Made by a program: the position numbers and the translations under genes. A stretch of 63,608 nucleotides of DNA, the filler included, from Dimorphilus gyrociliatus (taxonomy: Eukaryota > Animalia > Annelida), in NCBI GenBank assembly GCA_904063045.1. It is 4 parts of 4 records of this genome, joined end to end, with 100 filler letters (N's around TTAATTAATTAA, not from the genome) between each part and the next. Parts side by side here need not be neighbours in the genome. Positions count along the whole stretch, not along the records: positions 55,749 to 63,608 come from CAJFCJ010000111.1; 3 more parts are not named here. One strand, 5' to 3'. Numbering within the stretch: the stretch's first letter is position 1; every line of letters begins with the position of its first letter. This document shows, piece by piece, positions 59,411 through 63,608 of the stretch. A model generated the notes under the pieces. The model was not told the origin of the DNA and did no database searches. It worked only from the letters and a program-made list of their open reading frames with translations.

Positions 59411-62400
59411 CTAGTAAGCTTAGCACCCGTTTTAAAAACAGGTGGTTGAATAAATAAATTATTAACTATATAAACAATTTTTCTTCTTTATAATAGCTCT
59501 TTGTAAACAACATTTTCTATAAATACTTTCCCCTTTTCGGTGGGTTGTGCCTCCTTTTCAATAAAAATTTTTAAATTATTGTTATCTTTTACTCTAGAAA
59601 GAGCTACATATAATTGACCATGTGCAAAAACAGGCTGTGGTAAATAAAGACCAACTTTATCAAATGACTGTCCTTGTGCTTTATGGATAGTCATTGCAAA
59701 CGCTGGTATTATTGGGAATTGTCTCCTTTTTAATACGAAAGGCAGCTGTGTTTCACTGGGTGCTATATCAATCCTCGGTATAACACAAACACTTCCTTTA
59801 TTATTACCTTTAAGTATTTCACATTTAATTATATGGTCATGCATTTCCTGTATAATCATTCTAGTCCCATTTAAAAGTCCATTTTTTGGATCTATATTTC
59901 TTATTAACATTACAATAGATCCTATTTTAAGTCTTAGTTCATGAGGAGGCATTCCAGAAGGCTGTTGTTTGTTAATAAATTCAGTGGTATAATTATTTTT
60001 TAAATCTTCATCATCTGAAACCACTGAATCAGAGCTTAAGTAAACTCTTTCATCTCCACTAATTAAATTTGTTATATCATTGTTTATTTTATTCGAGAAC
60101 TCATTTTTGGTTGTAAGTATTACTCTGTTGGCTATATCATTATTATTGTTATCTATTTTAGTACCAAATATTTGTTTTATTAAATTTTTGTTTTCGATAT
60201 ATTTTTTTGGTATCTCTATTAAGTTTGTCTTCCCATTTCCAACTTTCATTAACCACTTATTAAATTTTATTTGTTTGATGGCTCTCATATTTTCTTTTAA
60301 TTTAATGATACAAACATATTTCCATAGAGGAGAGCTTTTTACTGAGTTCTCAATTATATCATTTTTACTACCATTAACAACAATATTGGCAGTCTGTCTG
60401 AAATCACCACCGAGTAATATAAATTTATTGCCAAACAGCTTATTATTTTTACAAATTCTCTTCAATAAATCATCAATGGCATGTAAAGCATGTTTTGACA
60501 TCATGCTAACCTCATCTATAATGATTAGTGATGCTTCTTTTAAAATTTCTGCGTGCTTTGAATTAATATCCATTGATGATCTACTGTTTTCATATAACGG
60601 TATAGGCAGTTTGAATGTGGAATGGAGTGTTCTGCCATTTTCGAAAATATCTGCAGCTATTCCTGTTGTTGCAGATATTATCACTGATTTATCGCTGCCT
60701 TCTAAGTAGTTGATCAGTGTTTCATATAGGAAAGACTTTCCTGAGCCACCTGGTCCGTCAAGGAACATAAAACGCTTATCATCTCCTGTTTCAAGTCTTT
60801 TGATGATTTTATCAAAAGCACTCCTCTGTTCCCATTAAATAAGTTATAATTTGATAAATATTTTTCTATTTTTTTATCTTTGTTTATTATTTTTGGTGGA
60901 TTATATTTGGTAGGAGATGGTAAACCAAGTATATTACAATTTAGACTGTGTAATTTAAATATGTTTTCAATTTCAATTAATGCTTGATTTTCAGCATCGT
61001 CTTGAAAGTCCTCTGTCATGTCTTCTATGAAATCATAGAAGAGTTTTTTGGTATTATGAGGTCTATTAAATACACAGATATAAGCAAATACTTGTCTTAT
61101 TTGCCGAGGCTTTAATGTCATACATGCCTCTTCCATGCACCTATACCACTCACTATCAGTAGATAGTAATCCCAATGCCTCTGCTGCTTCCTCAAATGAT
61201 TTATGCTTAATTTTATTAACTGTTAATAAGTCATTGAGTGACATAGCACCTTTTACATGTAATAGTATCATTCTTAGATAGAATCTTTCTCTATCATTAG
61301 GTGTGACTGTATACATTCGAGGAATAATGTTTGTTAAATTCCTCTGTCTTTTCTTCCAGAGGCCCTTTTCGAATGTATAGTACAGAGGAATTTCGGTATA
61401 TAAATATTTATTGGCATCTTTATCCACCGTATTTAATTCAAACCATGCCATTAATTTAGAGGAAATTTTAGTTTTATTTTTTATTTCTTCCTTTGTGAAG
61501 TCCTCATTAAATATTATATTTTGTTGTTCAGGAAGATGAACAGGTAGTCTTCTTATAGCATGGGACTTATCATGCATTTTATATTCAAGAACCTCCACAT
61601 TGCTTCTGGTGCACTCATATATCTGGTGCTGAGATACTGCTCAATCTCATTACCATTAAATAACTTTATATTTGCACAGTCATAACCTTTATATACATAT
61701 TTAAATATATACTTTACTGATTTTATGCTCGAGCAGATTTCAACATTAATATGACAATTGTATTTCAGTAATAAGTATTTGTTGTATGGAACAACATTTC
61801 TATTGTCGACTGTGTATTTTTTATATTTATATACATGGCCCTTTCTTCTCATGTAAGTTGGATAACAATTGTCTCCAACTTTAGTATCCTCACAGTATTG
61901 CTTAGGATACTCCTTAGTACATTCACCATTTTCCATGCATGGTGAGTTTGAGTTTGTCTCCCCACAGGGACCATGTATCATATGTTTGAGTACTCTAGAT
62001 TGCAATGCTTTATCATCATCTGGTATCTCTGCAGATACCACCTTATTTATTTGCTCAACTGTTTCTATTTTATTTTTTTTATCCAGAATAATTAATATGT
62101 GAGCATGTGGGAGGCCTCTTTTCTGGAACTCAATGGTATATATAAAAGCCTCTATCTTACCAAATATTTTATTTTTAATTAAGTCTTTTTTAAGCTCGTA
62201 TAGTTTTAATTTAAATACTCGAGCTACTAAATCTGGCCTGTCAGATGCTGTTTGGCCATCAAAGAGGTTTTCTTTTATTTCCTTCCAGTTGGGATTACAT
62301 GTCATTGTTATGAAAAGTCTGGCTTTCCATACTTCCCAACTATTGCCATCGCGTCGTTATATCTTCTCTCATGTTACGCGGAGAGCCTTGGAATGTTGAT

Positions 62401-63608
62401 GGTAATATAATAGGATGGCCTATATCCTCTGTATCATTGTTTAGACTATCCATTAATCCTCTATATTTTTCTACTCTCAATTTTTTTTGATTGAGTCTTA
62501 TATAGTTTAAATTATTGGCTTCTACCTGTAGATAAGAGTCTATGATCCATTGCTGGAATAGTCTTGAGCCATATAATAGAGGATTAAATTCATTTAGTCT
62601 GACTGCAGTCTGTGATACTTTGTGCTGCAGCATAGATATCTTTTTACCACCATTTGTTAGACTTGTACTCCATCCTTTTTCACCATATGGATAAAATAAT
62701 GAGTATACCATTGGATCGAGATTATCACTTAGTATATCTATTTTTTCACTAAATATATTTTCTTTTGGATACACTTTTATATCTCGATCCATTGGTGGTT
62801 CTCCATTAGAGTCATTAAATACCATTGCTATTCGTCCGCCTTTTTGGTACTGAATCTCTTCTTAAGCAGTCCTTTTTGCCTGCTATCATCTACCAGCTCC
62901 ATATTGAGATGGCCTGTCGATGTTTCTTTTTCGATCTGAGAGATATTTTTATAACTTTTAGCAAATGGATTTGACTCTCTCATTAAATTATCTAAGTTTT
63001 GTAAAATGTTTTTTTGACACCTGCATTTGCTTTATTATTTAATCTTATATTAGTTGCCATTTCATTATCGACAACATATAGCTGCGCATATTTCTTTTGA
63101 CTGTCTCCATTAGATAAGGGATGGTAACTGTGATGGTAAGTTTGGCCATGTATCTTCAGACAATATGGACCACTACTATGCTTATTAGTCTTAGCACCAA
63201 ATGAAGCAAAAGATACGGCACTGTTATAAGATCTAATATATTTTTTGAAGTTTTTGTGGTCTTTATTTTTTTTATTTGTTAACAGATCTTTTAGATATAC
63301 GGGATAATCTGTCTTACTTTGAATGTTTACTTTACCACCATGGCAACAGCTTTTGAATATTTTGTTAGTAGTTCTTTCATCTTTAAAGTTTAAAGAATTA
63401 CAGAAACTACATATTTTGTCCATTCTTCCACAATAGTGTTCTTGGACTTTATTCTCAGTCTCATTAATCACATTTTCAGTGATTTTTTTAATTTTAAAAA
63501 TAACTTTAAGAGGTGATGATTTGCTATCATTCATGCATAAAAGCACGGATCAGCCTCTTTTTTGATAAAAAGATTATTTTTAAAAATGACTTTATTTTTG
63601 TTATAGAA
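59411..63608 (-). mobile_element. Helitron with a frameshifted Rep-PIF1 helicase and an intact 3' terminus
   Basis: EFQKRGLPHAHIL, HINVE and KYIFKYVYKG (HUH Rep); GPGGSGKS and FAMTIHKAQGQSF (PIF1); hairpin 59424-59444, then CTAG|T at 59411. Confidence 0.93.

Noticed and set aside
55749-59411. Helitron capture of housekeeping genes, or microsporidian HGT into the host
   Set aside because: The genes lie beyond the Helitron's CTAG 3' end, and the piece is separated from host DNA by an artificial linker.
60080-60709. 209-aa plus-strand ORF
   Set aside because: Antisense to the PIF1 helicase and has no motifs.

Overview
The window joins four assembly pieces separated by artificial spacers (N-run + TTAATTAATTAA + N-run at 15935-16033, 32787-32886, 55649-55748), plus a plain scaffold gap at 42641-43307. 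Pieces 1-3 (1-55648) come from one AT-rich, CpG-poor animal genome with short (~50-70 nt) introns and TTAGGG telomeres; they share repeat families, and I cannot name the species. They hold a GPCR, NLR-like NACHT/LRR fragments, decayed Cys-rich, SRCR and lectin genes, a trypsin, an ITIH-C-like secreted protein, a two-PAN-domain protein, a bacterial-type VanX/DdpX fragment, and Mutator, Tc1 and mariner remnants with MITEs. Piece 4 (55749-63608) looks microsporidian: intronless LCB2, eIF2-gamma and an AGC kinase with CCC start motifs, next to a decayed Helitron. The main finding is at 32887-51714, a head-to-tail array of a 5,259-bp Penelope-like retroelement attached to telomeric DNA at both observed ends. 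Unlike the known telomeric PLEs it keeps an intact GIY-YIG endonuclease. Each unit also has a coiled-coil ORF1 that can join the RT through a GGGAAAC -1 slippery site, a third ORF beginning with an apparently inactive GIY-YIG paralogue, a hammerhead ribozyme, and a telomere-complementary 3' tail.
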